NCBI GenBank assembly: GCA_031552815.1 | Contig: JAVBMG010000005.1 | Span: 130,030-194,029 of the forward strand | Length of the DNA stretch: 64,000 nt | Reading direction: 5' to 3' | Origin: Opitutales bacterium | Lineage (GTDB): Bacteria; Verrucomicrobiota; Verrucomicrobiia; Opitutales; JAVBMG01 | Shown: positions 30,717-39,761 of the stretch, one piece after another | How the letters are laid out: each line of letters opens with the position of its first letter | How positions within the stretch are numbered: the first letter of the stretch is position 1 | Notes under the pieces: model-generated | The model's database searches: none | The model's input: the letters and a program-made list of their open reading frames with translations, nothing else | What the model was told of the DNA's origin: nothing | Position numbers and translations under genes: made by a program

Positions 30717-32057
30717 ATGAACAAAAAACTATCCCGTCGTCATTTTCTCAAGCAGATCGGCGTTCTTGGCGCAGTTGTTGGTTTTCCGACCATTATCCCG
30801 TCGAGTGTTTTGGGACGGAACGGATACGTTGCCCCGAGTAACCGTATCGTTATGGGAAGCATAGGATTAGGCGGCATGGGCACAGGAAACACCAATACGC
30901 TTTTGGGGAAATCCAATGTCCAGCTTGTGGCCTTGTGCGATCCCTGCCGCCGTTCGAATCTCTATGGTTACGACCATAAAGGTACTTTTGGTTGGGAGCC
31001 GATGAAAGAACGTATAGAGAAACGCTATTCCGAAAGATACGGGAAGGATTATAAGGGTTGCGATATCTATACGGATTTCCGGGAACTGATAGCACGGAAA
31101 GACATTGATGCCATCACCACCGCAACGCCTGATCATTGGCACGCGCTGATTGCCATTGCCGCCATACGTTCGGGAAAGGATGTGTTTGGGGAGAAACCGT
31201 TGACACGCAGAGTGACGGAAGGCCGCGCGCTGGTTAATGCGGTGAAGGAATACGGGCGTGTTTGGCAGACGGGTTCATGGCAGCGTTCGTCCGGTCACTT
31301 TTTGCGCGTATGCGAACTTGTGAGAAACGGGTACGTCGGCAAAGTGCATACGGTGAAAATCGGATTACCGGCAAACAATTATCTGGCGCCTGTTCCGAGC
31401 GAACCGATTCCGGATGGTTTTGATTGGGAGATGTGGCTTGGTCCGGCTCCGCATGCCGATTACTGTCATCACCGCGCTTTCACTACCTGGCGTTTTATCA
31501 GTGATTATTCGCATGGAAAGATCGGTGATTGGGGTGCACACCACGTGGACACGATGCATTGGGCATTGGGCTATGATTTCAGTGGTCCGGTAAGCATTCG
31601 TCCGGTAAAAATCGTTTGGCCGAAAGACGGACTGTTTGATCATCCGACCCATTACACCATGGAGGCCATTTATCCGAGAGGCGAAAAAGTACTGATTTCG
31701 GATGAATACAAAAACGGCATAGAATTTTTCAGTGACAAGGGACGGATGTTTGTTGATCGTTCCGGTGTTGAATCTGATCCGAAAACCATCTGGAGAGAAC
31801 AGGTGAAAATCGGCGATACGCGGCTCTACCGTTCAACAGATCATATGGATAACTTCCTTGATTGCGTTCGCAACCGCCGTGCTTCCGCGACCCAGATTGA
31901 AATCGCTCACGGTAGCAATGCCGTCACTTTGCTCGGTGAAATCGCATACAGGGTCGGACGGGAAATCAAGTGGGATCCGAAAACCGAAACAATCGCCAAT
32001 GACTCACAAGCTACCGCCTTGCTCAGTCCTACCTATCGCGCTCCTTGGACAATGTAA
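30717..32057 (+). CDS. TAT-signal Gfo/Idh/MocA family oxidoreductase
   Basis: Twin-arginine signal SRRHFLKQIGVLGAVVG, Rossmann GSIGLGGMG, and TPDHWHA / GKDVFGEKPL motifs. Confidence 0.85.
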   Translation: MNKKLSRRHFLKQIGVLGAVVGFPTIIPSSVLGRNGYVAPSNRIVMGSIGLGGMGTGNTNTLLGKSNVQLVALCDPCRRSNLYGYDHKGTFGWEPMKERIEKRYSERYGKDYKGCDIYTDFRELIARKDIDAITTATPDHWHALIAIAAIRSGKDVFGEKPLTRRVTEGRALVNAVKEYGRVWQTGSWQRSSGHFLRVCELVRNGYVGKVHTVKIGLPANNYLAPVPSEPIPDGFDWEMWLGPAPHADYCHHRAFTTWRFISDYSHGKIGDWGAHHVDTMHWALGYDFSGPVSIRPVKIVWPKDGLFDHPTHYTMEAIYPRGEKVLISDEYKNGIEFFSDKGRMFVDRSGVESDPKTIWREQVKIGDTRLYRSTDHMDNFLDCVRNRRASATQIEIAHGSNAVTLLGEIAYRVGREIKWDPKTETIANDSQATALLSPTYRAPWTM

Positions 32058-32076
32058 TTTTAATCAACTATTACCA

Positions 32077-33435
32077 ATGAAAGCAGAAAAACAAAATTCG
32101 CGTCGGCAGTTTATCAAACAAATGGGAATCCTTGGTGCTGTCGTAGGATTTCCCACCATTATCCCGGCAAGTGCTTTGGGACGTAACGGTTACGTTGCTC
32201 CAAGCAACAGGATTACGATGGCGACGATCGGATGCGGAGGAATGGGAACATACAATACCGGATGTTTCCTCGGAAAATCCGACGTCCAGTTTCTTGCCGT
32301 TTGCGATGTCCTTAAGTGGACGGACAAACTCGGTTCCTGGCATACCAGTACCGAAGGATGGGAGCCGCTCAAAAACCGCATAGAGGAACACTATGGGAAA
32401 GCATCGGGGAAAAAATACACCTGTGATGTGTATACCGACTACCGTGAGTTATTACAGCGTAAGGATATTGATGCCGTGACAATCGCATTACCCGATCATT
32501 GGCATGCGCTTGTATACACGACAGCCGCCCGTTCGGGAAAAGATGTTTACGGGGAAAAACCCTTGACCCGTTACATCAAGGAAGGCCGTGCAGTTGTGAA
32601 CGCCGTTCGTGAATATGGGCGTGTCTGGCAAACCGGTTCGTGGCAACGATCTGTCGGCCAGTATTACAAGGCATGCGGCTTGGTGCAAAACGGTGCCATA
32701 GGAAAAGTGCATACCATTAATGTGGGTATCCCTAAAAATCCGTATATGGCTGCAGTTCCGCCTGAACCCATACCGGAGGGATTTGATTGGGAATTCTGGC
32801 AAGGGCCTGCTGCCAGAGCTGATTTTTCCATTCATCGTGCATTTTATACCTGGCGCTTCAATAATGCCTATTCCAACGGGCAAATCAGTGACTGGGGGGC
32901 TCATAATATTGACATTGCGCATTGGGGCATGGGATATGATAAAACAAAAATAGGTCCTAAATCCGTTCGTCCGATCCTTGAGGAGATGGAATGGTATGAA
33001 GACGGTTTGTTTAATCAGCCGAAAGCAATAAAAATAGAACTTATTTATCCCGATGGGGTGAAAATGTATGTTTCCGATTCATTCAATTGCGGAACGGAAT
33101 TTATCGGCGAGAAAGGAAAAATCTACGTGGATCGTTCGTCCGCATCCTTTTCACCAAAATCATTGGAACGTATAGAAATCCCTGCGAACGGGGAACATAT
33201 CTATCACTCGACGGATCATTACCAGAATTTCATTGATTGCGTGAAGAACCGCAGAAGAACCATTACCGATGTTGAAATCGCGCACCGGACAAATACTTCC
33301 TGCCTGCTCTGCGAAATATCATACCGTATCGGGCGGAAAATAGAATGGGACGCGGGGAAGGAAACCTTTGCAAACAACGACACCGAAGCCGAAAATTACC
33401 TGATGGGCGCTTATCATGCCCCATGGGTATTATAG
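32077..33435 (+). CDS. TAT-signal Gfo/Idh/MocA family oxidoreductase (tandem paralogue)
   Basis: Start moved to the ATG at 32077 (MKAEKQNSRRQFIKQMGILGAVVG), where the TAT signal begins. It aligns by eye with the upstream gene along the full length, with very many identical residues. Confidence 0.85.
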   Translation: MKAEKQNSRRQFIKQMGILGAVVGFPTIIPASALGRNGYVAPSNRITMATIGCGGMGTYNTGCFLGKSDVQFLAVCDVLKWTDKLGSWHTSTEGWEPLKNRIEEHYGKASGKKYTCDVYTDYRELLQRKDIDAVTIALPDHWHALVYTTAARSGKDVYGEKPLTRYIKEGRAVVNAVREYGRVWQTGSWQRSVGQYYKACGLVQNGAIGKVHTINVGIPKNPYMAAVPPEPIPEGFDWEFWQGPAARADFSIHRAFYTWRFNNAYSNGQISDWGAHNIDIAHWGMGYDKTKIGPKSVRPILEEMEWYEDGLFNQPKAIKIELIYPDGVKMYVSDSFNCGTEFIGEKGKIYVDRSSASFSPKSLERIEIPANGEHIYHSTDHYQNFIDCVKNRRRTITDVEIAHRTNTSCLLCEISYRIGRKIEWDAGKETFANNDTEAENYLMGAYHAPWVL

Positions 33436-33502
33436 GACTATGGTCTGTTGATCGAAAAATTGACTCACTTTAAAACTTACGAAATTTAAAAACGGAAAAA
33501 TT

Positions 33503-36106
33503 ATGAAAAATAAATCGCTTGTATTACTCGCTGCCATAGGGGCTTTTTGTACCGCAAATTTTCATGCTACCGTCTCTGCGCAGAATGAAAATCCGGCAGC
33601 CGTTCAAAAGGCGGCATCATGGAACGATGCCTGGATTGAAGGCATGCTGAATTACAATGAGAATGACAACAAATCTATTTTTGTCATTGAAGATGCTTTT
33701 CGCAGGGAATCACCCGCAAATTACAGCGTATGGGAGGAGCGACTCATTGCGCTGTGGAACAATCCTAAGCTCACGCCGCAGGCACGGCATCGTTTGCCTA
33801 TCCTGCTTGCGAGTGTAATCACCGATAACGGTCTGGAAAAAATCGCCCCGTCGCTGATTGATCCTGTACGCACGCACGACGCTGCGCGCGTATTTTCTGT
33901 CACGCAGGGTAAAACCGCGAATAAACTCTTGCTTGATGCATACGGAAAAACAGACAATGTTGATTGCCGCATCTGTATTGTCGAATCGCTTGGCATACGA
34001 GGCGCGCCGGAACTGTTGGAAGTAAACAAGACATTTCCTTCGCTTAAAACGGAGTCGGAGCAGATAGCAGTGATTCGGGCAGCCGGGAATTTTGCCGATG
34101 AACGTTCGGCGGAATTTTTGCTTCGTTTGATAAAAAGCAGCGAGGGTAATATTCGTAACGAGGCTTGGTTTGCCTTCATCAAGGCAGCGGACACTCATCA
34201 CAAGCGAAGCGGGGAACCCGTTGTGATAAAGGAGGTGATGCCGGTTCTTGCCATGGCAAAAACCTGGCAGGAAACATCATCATTAGGTTTTCTGGTTGCC
34301 AAATATTGCAACGATAAGGATGCTGCCGTGAAATTCCTGCAAAAGTATTTCACAGATGAAAACCAGTATCTTGCTGTGAATATGGCCAGTTATCTCCGGG
34401 AGACCGGAAGCGGAAAGCACCTGGATCAGGTAGCAAGGCCTTTCGGTGACTATACCGTTGAAGTTCAGGGAACCCTGTTACGTGTTTTTGAAGACCTTGC
34501 TTATCAGCCGGCGGTAACATTGGTCAATAAATCCATCGGCTCGGATGATGAATGGCTGGCTGTTGAGGCGATTAATGTTGCGGCAAAGATCAGCGACAAG
34601 GACACAACGGCCCGTTTGGTGGAAGTATTGAACCGTGGGGGTAAAGTAGGTGACGCGGCGGCGTATACGCTTGGAAACGCCGATATTTGCTGCGTAGAGC
34701 CGGCATTGTATTCGCTTGCGGTTGGATTGGATGAAGGACTTTCAAAGAAAGCAATAGACATCTTGTCCACACGCCGGAGTCAGGCCAGCAGCGAGACGCT
34801 GCTTAAGCTGTCAGGAGAAAAGAAATATAAAACAGCCGCCTTGCGTGCTTTGGAAAAACAGGCCGATTTAAATCTGTTAAATACGTTAAAGCCAAGAGTC
34901 GCTGCGGTTAAAGATGAAGCAGAGGCAAAGGCATTACTGCGCCTGGTTGCTCTTTCATCGGAGTCTGCCGCAGACGGTAATGATGAACGCGCAAAACTGA
35001 TCATTGATGCGGTGCCGAAAACAAATAATGTGGCCACGGCTTCGATGCTGCCGTTGCTTCCCCGCTACGAGTCGAATACCGCCTTGGCGGAAATCGAACG
35101 TAGCCTGAACAGCAATGATGCTGCCGTGAAGGAGGAAGCATTTCGCGCATTGAGCAACTGCAAGTCCGGAGCAGCGGTTCCTTTGTTCGAGAAAGCGCTG
35201 GCCATGAATTGCAGCGATTCGCTGAGGGTTGTTAACTTCGAAGCCTATATCCGGACGTTGCTTGAAAATAACAGCACGCCGAAGATGAATATCAAGATCG
35301 CTTTTGATGCTTTTGAAAAGGTAAGCTCTGTGGATTTGCGTGCGCGCCTGGTCCAGTACCTTGCACAGAATCCATTCTGGGGAACAACTGTCTTGCTGGA
35401 TAAACTGGCAAATGAATCGTCTCAGGCGTCCGTGCGCGATGCTGCGAAAAAGGCCCTTGTGGAGGCACGTTCCTTGGCTGCTCCGGATGTGAACGGAGAA
35501 GGTTTCGTTTCCTTGTTTAACGGAAATCTGGATGGATGGCGCAAGGTCGGCTCGGCAAATTACGAAGTGCGTGACGGTAGCATCGTTGGCATTTGCGATC
35601 CCGATGCGAAACAAAACAGTTTTCTGATTACCGAGAAAAAATACGCAAATTTCATTTTTGTCTGCGATTTCAAAATGCAGGTTCCCGGAAATTCAGGAAT
35701 CCAGTTCCGTTCCTTCAATAAAGATAATAAAGTGGGAGGTTATCAGTCTGAAATCTGTGATAATCTGAAGCGCAAATGGACATGCGGTTTATACGATGAA
35801 GGCAAGGATTGGATTTATCCCGTTACTTCGGACACTACGGAAGCGAACCGGATGAAGGACAAACTGTTTGAGCCGGCCAGAAATGCATTGAAACCTTTTG
35901 GCGAATGGAATCAGGTTATCATTAAAGCCGACGGTCCACGTATCCAAACCTGGCTAAATGGCGTACTTGTCACAGATATGCTTGATAACCGATATGATGA
36001 AGGTATCTTCGGTCTTCAAATCCATGCTGGAAAGCAAGGTGAAGTCTTATGGAAGAACATCCGTCTGAAGGAGCTTCCAAAGGCAAAGCAAGGCAGCCAG
36101 CAGTAG
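33503..36106 (+). CDS. Secreted HEAT-like repeat protein with a C-terminal DUF1080 (3-keto-disaccharide hydrolase-like) domain
   Basis: Signal peptide; about 640 aa of helical repeats rich in A/L/E/K. The C-terminal 200 aa carry GFVSLFNGNLDGWRKVG...YEVRDGSIVG...NSGIQFRS...GLQIHAG..GEVLWKNIRLKEL, typical of DUF1080. Confidence 0.7.
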   Translation: MKNKSLVLLAAIGAFCTANFHATVSAQNENPAAVQKAASWNDAWIEGMLNYNENDNKSIFVIEDAFRRESPANYSVWEERLIALWNNPKLTPQARHRLPILLASVITDNGLEKIAPSLIDPVRTHDAARVFSVTQGKTANKLLLDAYGKTDNVDCRICIVESLGIRGAPELLEVNKTFPSLKTESEQIAVIRAAGNFADERSAEFLLRLIKSSEGNIRNEAWFAFIKAADTHHKRSGEPVVIKEVMPVLAMAKTWQETSSLGFLVAKYCNDKDAAVKFLQKYFTDENQYLAVNMASYLRETGSGKHLDQVARPFGDYTVEVQGTLLRVFEDLAYQPAVTLVNKSIGSDDEWLAVEAINVAAKISDKDTTARLVEVLNRGGKVGDAAAYTLGNADICCVEPALYSLAVGLDEGLSKKAIDILSTRRSQASSETLLKLSGEKKYKTAALRALEKQADLNLLNTLKPRVAAVKDEAEAKALLRLVALSSESAADGNDERAKLIIDAVPKTNNVATASMLPLLPRYESNTALAEIERSLNSNDAAVKEEAFRALSNCKSGAAVPLFEKALAMNCSDSLRVVNFEAYIRTLLENNSTPKMNIKIAFDAFEKVSSVDLRARLVQYLAQNPFWGTTVLLDKLANESSQASVRDAAKKALVEARSLAAPDVNGEGFVSLFNGNLDGWRKVGSANYEVRDGSIVGICDPDAKQNSFLITEKKYANFIFVCDFKMQVPGNSGIQFRSFNKDNKVGGYQSEICDNLKRKWTCGLYDEGKDWIYPVTSDTTEANRMKDKLFEPARNALKPFGEWNQVIIKADGPRIQTWLNGVLVTDMLDNRYDEGIFGLQIHAGKQGEVLWKNIRLKELPKAKQGSQQ

Positions 36107-36125
36107 TTTATAAAGCTTATTATCC

Positions 36126-37589
36126 ATGAAAAAATCAAATTACACACGACGCGACTTCCTCAGGAAGTCGCTCATTGGTGGTGCAGGCATGAGTCTTCTG
36201 GGACTGACAGGTTGCACCACCACAAATGCATCCGCAAGGAAATCGTATTACGATAAAATTATTGATCCATCTGTTTCCGGAGCTGCCAAGTTACCGCGGC
36301 GAACCGGGAAATCCGTTTACGGCCTGCGCGTTGACCCGATGCCTGTTGTCAGGATGGGGGTGGTCGGCGTTGGCGGTCGTGGCTGGGGCGTGACGGATCT
36401 GTTTATTAAAACAGGGGGCGTAGAAGTCCGTGCTGTCTGCGATATTATTCCGGAAAAGGTCGCGAATGCAAAACGCTGGGTAACAGAACGCGGATTTGCG
36501 ACACCTGCGGGGTACGATGACAGTGAGGAGGCCTGGAAGAAGCTATGTGAGCGCGATGATTTGGACATTATCTTTGTCGCCACTCCATGGGAATTGCATA
36601 CTCCCATCGCTGTTTATGCAATGAAACAGGGCAAACACGTATGCATTGAGGTACCTGCGGCCATTTCGGTGGAAGAGTGTTGGGATTTGGTCCGTACAGC
36701 TGAAGAAACCCAACGCCATTGCACCATGCTGGAAAATTGTTGTTACGGTGAGACGGAAATGCTTACGCTCAGCATGCAACGGCGTGGCGTTTTTGGAACG
36801 CTGACCCACGGGGAATGTGCTTATATCCATGATTTGCGCAGTCTGCTTTGCTCTGAGCAGGGAGAAGGGTTATGGCGCAGGAACCATCATATTCTTTATA
36901 ACGGGAACCTGTATACGACACACGGATTGGGCCCTGTAGCACAATACATGGATATAAATACCGGAGACAAATTTGAGTATGTTGTCTCGATGAGTTCGGT
37001 GGAAGCAGGATTGACAAAGTTTGCCAAGGATCATTTTCCCGAGGGACATAAATACCGGCAGGAAAGGTATATTTGCGGAGACATGAACACGACTCTGATC
37101 AAGACCGCAAAAGGTCGTTCAATCATGCTGCAGCATGATGTGATCAGTCCCCGTCCGTACAGCCGTATCAATCTGCTCTCGGGAACCGGAGGTACCTTTG
37201 CGGATTATCCTCCTCGGCTTGCTTTGGATGAAGGTAATCCGTTTTACATCCCGAGTGAAGGAAGGGAGAAAGGTAATTCGCACGAGTGGATGGAAGGTAG
37301 CAATCTTTCGCCTTATTTTGAAAAATACCAATCGCGGATATGGAAAGAATCGGGTGAACGGGCGCGTCAAAACGGCGGGCACGGCGGCATGGATTTTATC
37401 ATGTGTTACCGCCTGGTCGAAAGCCTGAAAAAAGGTGAAGCTTTGGATATCAATGTTTATGATACAGCGGCATGGTGTGTTATTGGACCGCTCAGCCGTA
37501 TTTCGGTAGCCAATAACGGTGTTCCCGTACAGGTTCCTGACTTTACGCGAGGTGAATGGAAAAATGCGAAGTCATGCATGCAGTGTTAA
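36126..37589 (+). CDS. GH109-like NAD-dependent glycosidase / Gfo/Idh/MocA oxidoreductase with TAT signal and lipobox
   Basis: TRRDFLRKSLIGGAGMSLLGLTGC (TAT signal plus lipobox), GVVGVGGRGWG, and ATPWELHTPIAVYAMKQGKHVCIEVPAA...RHCTMLENCCYG as in the GH109 family. Confidence 0.75.
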   Translation: MKKSNYTRRDFLRKSLIGGAGMSLLGLTGCTTTNASARKSYYDKIIDPSVSGAAKLPRRTGKSVYGLRVDPMPVVRMGVVGVGGRGWGVTDLFIKTGGVEVRAVCDIIPEKVANAKRWVTERGFATPAGYDDSEEAWKKLCERDDLDIIFVATPWELHTPIAVYAMKQGKHVCIEVPAAISVEECWDLVRTAEETQRHCTMLENCCYGETEMLTLSMQRRGVFGTLTHGECAYIHDLRSLLCSEQGEGLWRRNHHILYNGNLYTTHGLGPVAQYMDINTGDKFEYVVSMSSVEAGLTKFAKDHFPEGHKYRQERYICGDMNTTLIKTAKGRSIMLQHDVISPRPYSRINLLSGTGGTFADYPPRLALDEGNPFYIPSEGREKGNSHEWMEGSNLSPYFEKYQSRIWKESGERARQNGGHGGMDFIMCYRLVESLKKGEALDINVYDTAAWCVIGPLSRISVANNGVPVQVPDFTRGEWKNAKSCMQC

Positions 37590-37616
37590 AGTCGGATAAA
37601 TCAGGCTTTGATTTCC

Positions 37617-37640
37617 GCGCCTCTTCCAGAGGCGCTTTTC
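37617..37640 (+). terminator. Rho-independent terminator after the GH109-like gene
   Basis: gcgcctct (37617-37624) / agaggcgc (37628-37635), then tttt. Confidence 0.75.
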
Positions 37641-37735
37641 ATGTTACCGTCAGTTCTGTAACGTGATTTTGCCGGAAAATATAACTTTGCGCTTGCTCCG
37701 TGCGGATTAAATGACTTGATAAGAAAACTTCATTG

Positions 37736-37823
37736 GGAGAGATGGCAGAGCGGCCGATTGCGGCGGTCTTGAAAACCGTTGTGGGGCAACCCACCGGGGG
37801 TTCGAATCCCTCTCTCTCCGCCA
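37736..37823 (+). tRNA. tRNA-Ser (anticodon TGA), long variable arm, CCA encoded
   Basis: Acceptor ggagaga/tctctcc, anticodon loop ctTGAaa, long extra arm, T loop ttcgaat, terminal gcca. Confidence 0.95.
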
Positions 37824-37833
37824 GATTTATTGT

Positions 37834-37865
37834 AAAAAAGAGACATGGTTTATGTCTCTTTTTTT
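37834..37865. terminator. Bidirectional terminator between tRNA-Ser and the convergent TPR gene
   Basis: A-run, agagacat (37839-37846) / atgtctct (37852-37859), then a T-run at 37860-37865. Confidence 0.8.
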
Positions 37866-37891
37866 ATGTGCGGTAGCATGGGAAAACTAAA

Positions 37892-39676
37892 CTACAGTAA
37901 TTTCCGGTTCTTAAGGAATGTCTCCAATTCGCCAAGTAATGAGTCTCTGCCGGGAACAAAAAGACAGCGGTCACTGGAAAAATTATCGTAGGCCATGAGT
38001 ACCACTTCGGAGGAAGGACGGCGCGCTTTCAGCAGGACACGGATATAATTGGGAAGATTGTCGACGATACCCAGTTGTGCATCAACGCGAACCAGTTCGG
38101 AGATGAGTTCCTGGCGGGTATTGTTGCGGCGGTAAGCTTCGAGCAGCAGCGCGCGTGCCTGTTCGTAGGCTCCAATGTTTCGCAACTGCCTGCTGACAGT
38201 GGTTACTGCTTGAATGCGTAAATTGGATACTGCCTTGAATTGATTGAGATAAACGTCACCTTTCTGGAAATCTTTCGCTCCGTAGTAGGCAACTGCCTGT
38301 AACCCGGAAAATGTAACTTCAACCGGTTTAAGCCAGTTCGGGTTTTCGGAAGTGATATCTTCGGAGTAACGGATAGCGCCATTATAATCCTTGGAGACAA
38401 TGAAAGCGCTGAGCAGCATTAAGGATGCATTGCTCATTGGCATTTCTGAGCAGAGCATTTCGGTATAAATGCGTTTTGCAAGGCTGAGGTTTCCGTTATT
38501 GGCTGCAGTATCAATAAGTGCGGAAAGGGACTGTATCGCAGTCATACGGTTTTCCTGTGAGAATGAGTCCTTTGAGTTTGGTACAAACTTTCTGAAAAAC
38601 TCATTGATAATCGGCTGTGCTTCCTGTGTTTTTTTTGCCTTAAGCAATGCGGAAATAAGATCCACGGAAGACTGGTAGTTTTCCGGTGCAATAGCATAGC
38701 GCATCTGTGCGTAAAATATGGCATTATCATAATCATCCAGTTCGCCGTAACGTTTGGACAGTAATCCGTACACGATGCTCTGGCGTTCCTTTATTCTGGA
38801 TTCTACAGTGGCGTCAAATCTCGGATCTGTGTTTTTAAGCCGGAGCATTTTATCCAGTTCGGCGCTTATTGCTTTAAGCTGAGCGATGGACTGTTGTTTT
38901 TCTCCCTTATCCCAAAGCACGCTGGAATAGAGAATGATTCCCTCGGGAATTTTTGTAAGTTCGTATTTTTCCAGGATACTTTCAGCCTCATCGAAGTCGC
39001 TCATGTAGTTGTAGGACGTTGCCAGAAAAAAGGCGGCCTGATTACGGATGAGTTTATCTTCGGATGTTTTCAGAATATCCTGGGCAATCTCAACGACAGA
39101 CTCATTTTCATTGAGGGTACTGAGTGTCTTTAATGTCTTGGTGACATATTGTATATCGTTTTTCCCGTATTTGATTCCGTCTTTTAAAATATCTGCGGCG
39201 CGATCCGGACGGTTAAACTGTTGAGACATGATATCGGAGAGAAACACACGGCCTTCAAGGTTTTCCGGAGCACGGCCAAGTCCCGTGCTGATCAGTCCAA
39301 AGGCCTGAGCAAATTTATCCTGGATAATTTTCTGACTGACTCCTTTCTGGGATAACCCCGGAAGCGATTCAAACAATTCTATGCCTGCGCCTATCTGGTA
39401 GTTTCCGCGTTCCTTTCTGTCTTCTGCGATTCTGAACGGTAACATCTGGGTTTTCCAGAAACTGATGTTTGGGTAATTGTTTCTTCTGACGAGGTAGGCA
39501 ACGGAGAAGAAGCTGAACCAGAACAATACGGCAAATACAAGCAATGCAATGGTAATACGTCCCCAGCGTAGTTTTACATAGATGCTTCCGTTTGCCCGTC
39601 GGACGCGTACCCCGAACCCCAGAAGCACTGAGTCCAGATGCTGTTCTTTAAAACTATCTTTTGGAGGATTAGCCAT
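37892..39676 (-). CDS. Membrane-anchored TPR-like repeat protein, unknown function
   Basis: One N-terminal transmembrane helix (ITIALLVFAVLFWFSFFSVAYLV) followed by about 500 aa of helical repeats with TPR-like A/Y/L spacing. Confidence 0.55.
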   Translation of the reverse strand: MANPPKDSFKEQHLDSVLLGFGVRVRRANGSIYVKLRWGRITIALLVFAVLFWFSFFSVAYLVRRNNYPNISFWKTQMLPFRIAEDRKERGNYQIGAGIELFESLPGLSQKGVSQKIIQDKFAQAFGLISTGLGRAPENLEGRVFLSDIMSQQFNRPDRAADILKDGIKYGKNDIQYVTKTLKTLSTLNENESVVEIAQDILKTSEDKLIRNQAAFFLATSYNYMSDFDEAESILEKYELTKIPEGIILYSSVLWDKGEKQQSIAQLKAISAELDKMLRLKNTDPRFDATVESRIKERQSIVYGLLSKRYGELDDYDNAIFYAQMRYAIAPENYQSSVDLISALLKAKKTQEAQPIINEFFRKFVPNSKDSFSQENRMTAIQSLSALIDTAANNGNLSLAKRIYTEMLCSEMPMSNASLMLLSAFIVSKDYNGAIRYSEDITSENPNWLKPVEVTFSGLQAVAYYGAKDFQKGDVYLNQFKAVSNLRIQAVTTVSRQLRNIGAYEQARALLLEAYRRNNTRQELISELVRVDAQLGIVDNLPNYIRVLLKARRPSSEVVLMAYDNFSSDRCLFVPGRDSLLGELETFLKNRKLL

Positions 39677-39761
39677 GGTTATTAAAAGAGAATACCTTAT
39701 TTATACTTGCTCTCTTCCCGTAAACAAGAATTAAACGGGTACTGGAAAATCAGCAAATCGT

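Noticed and set aside
31858-32076. A 73-codon N-terminal extension of the second Gfo/Idh/MocA ORF
   Set aside because: It overlaps the 3' end of the upstream paralogue in another frame. The twin-arginine signal begins at the Met at 32077, so that is the plausible start.
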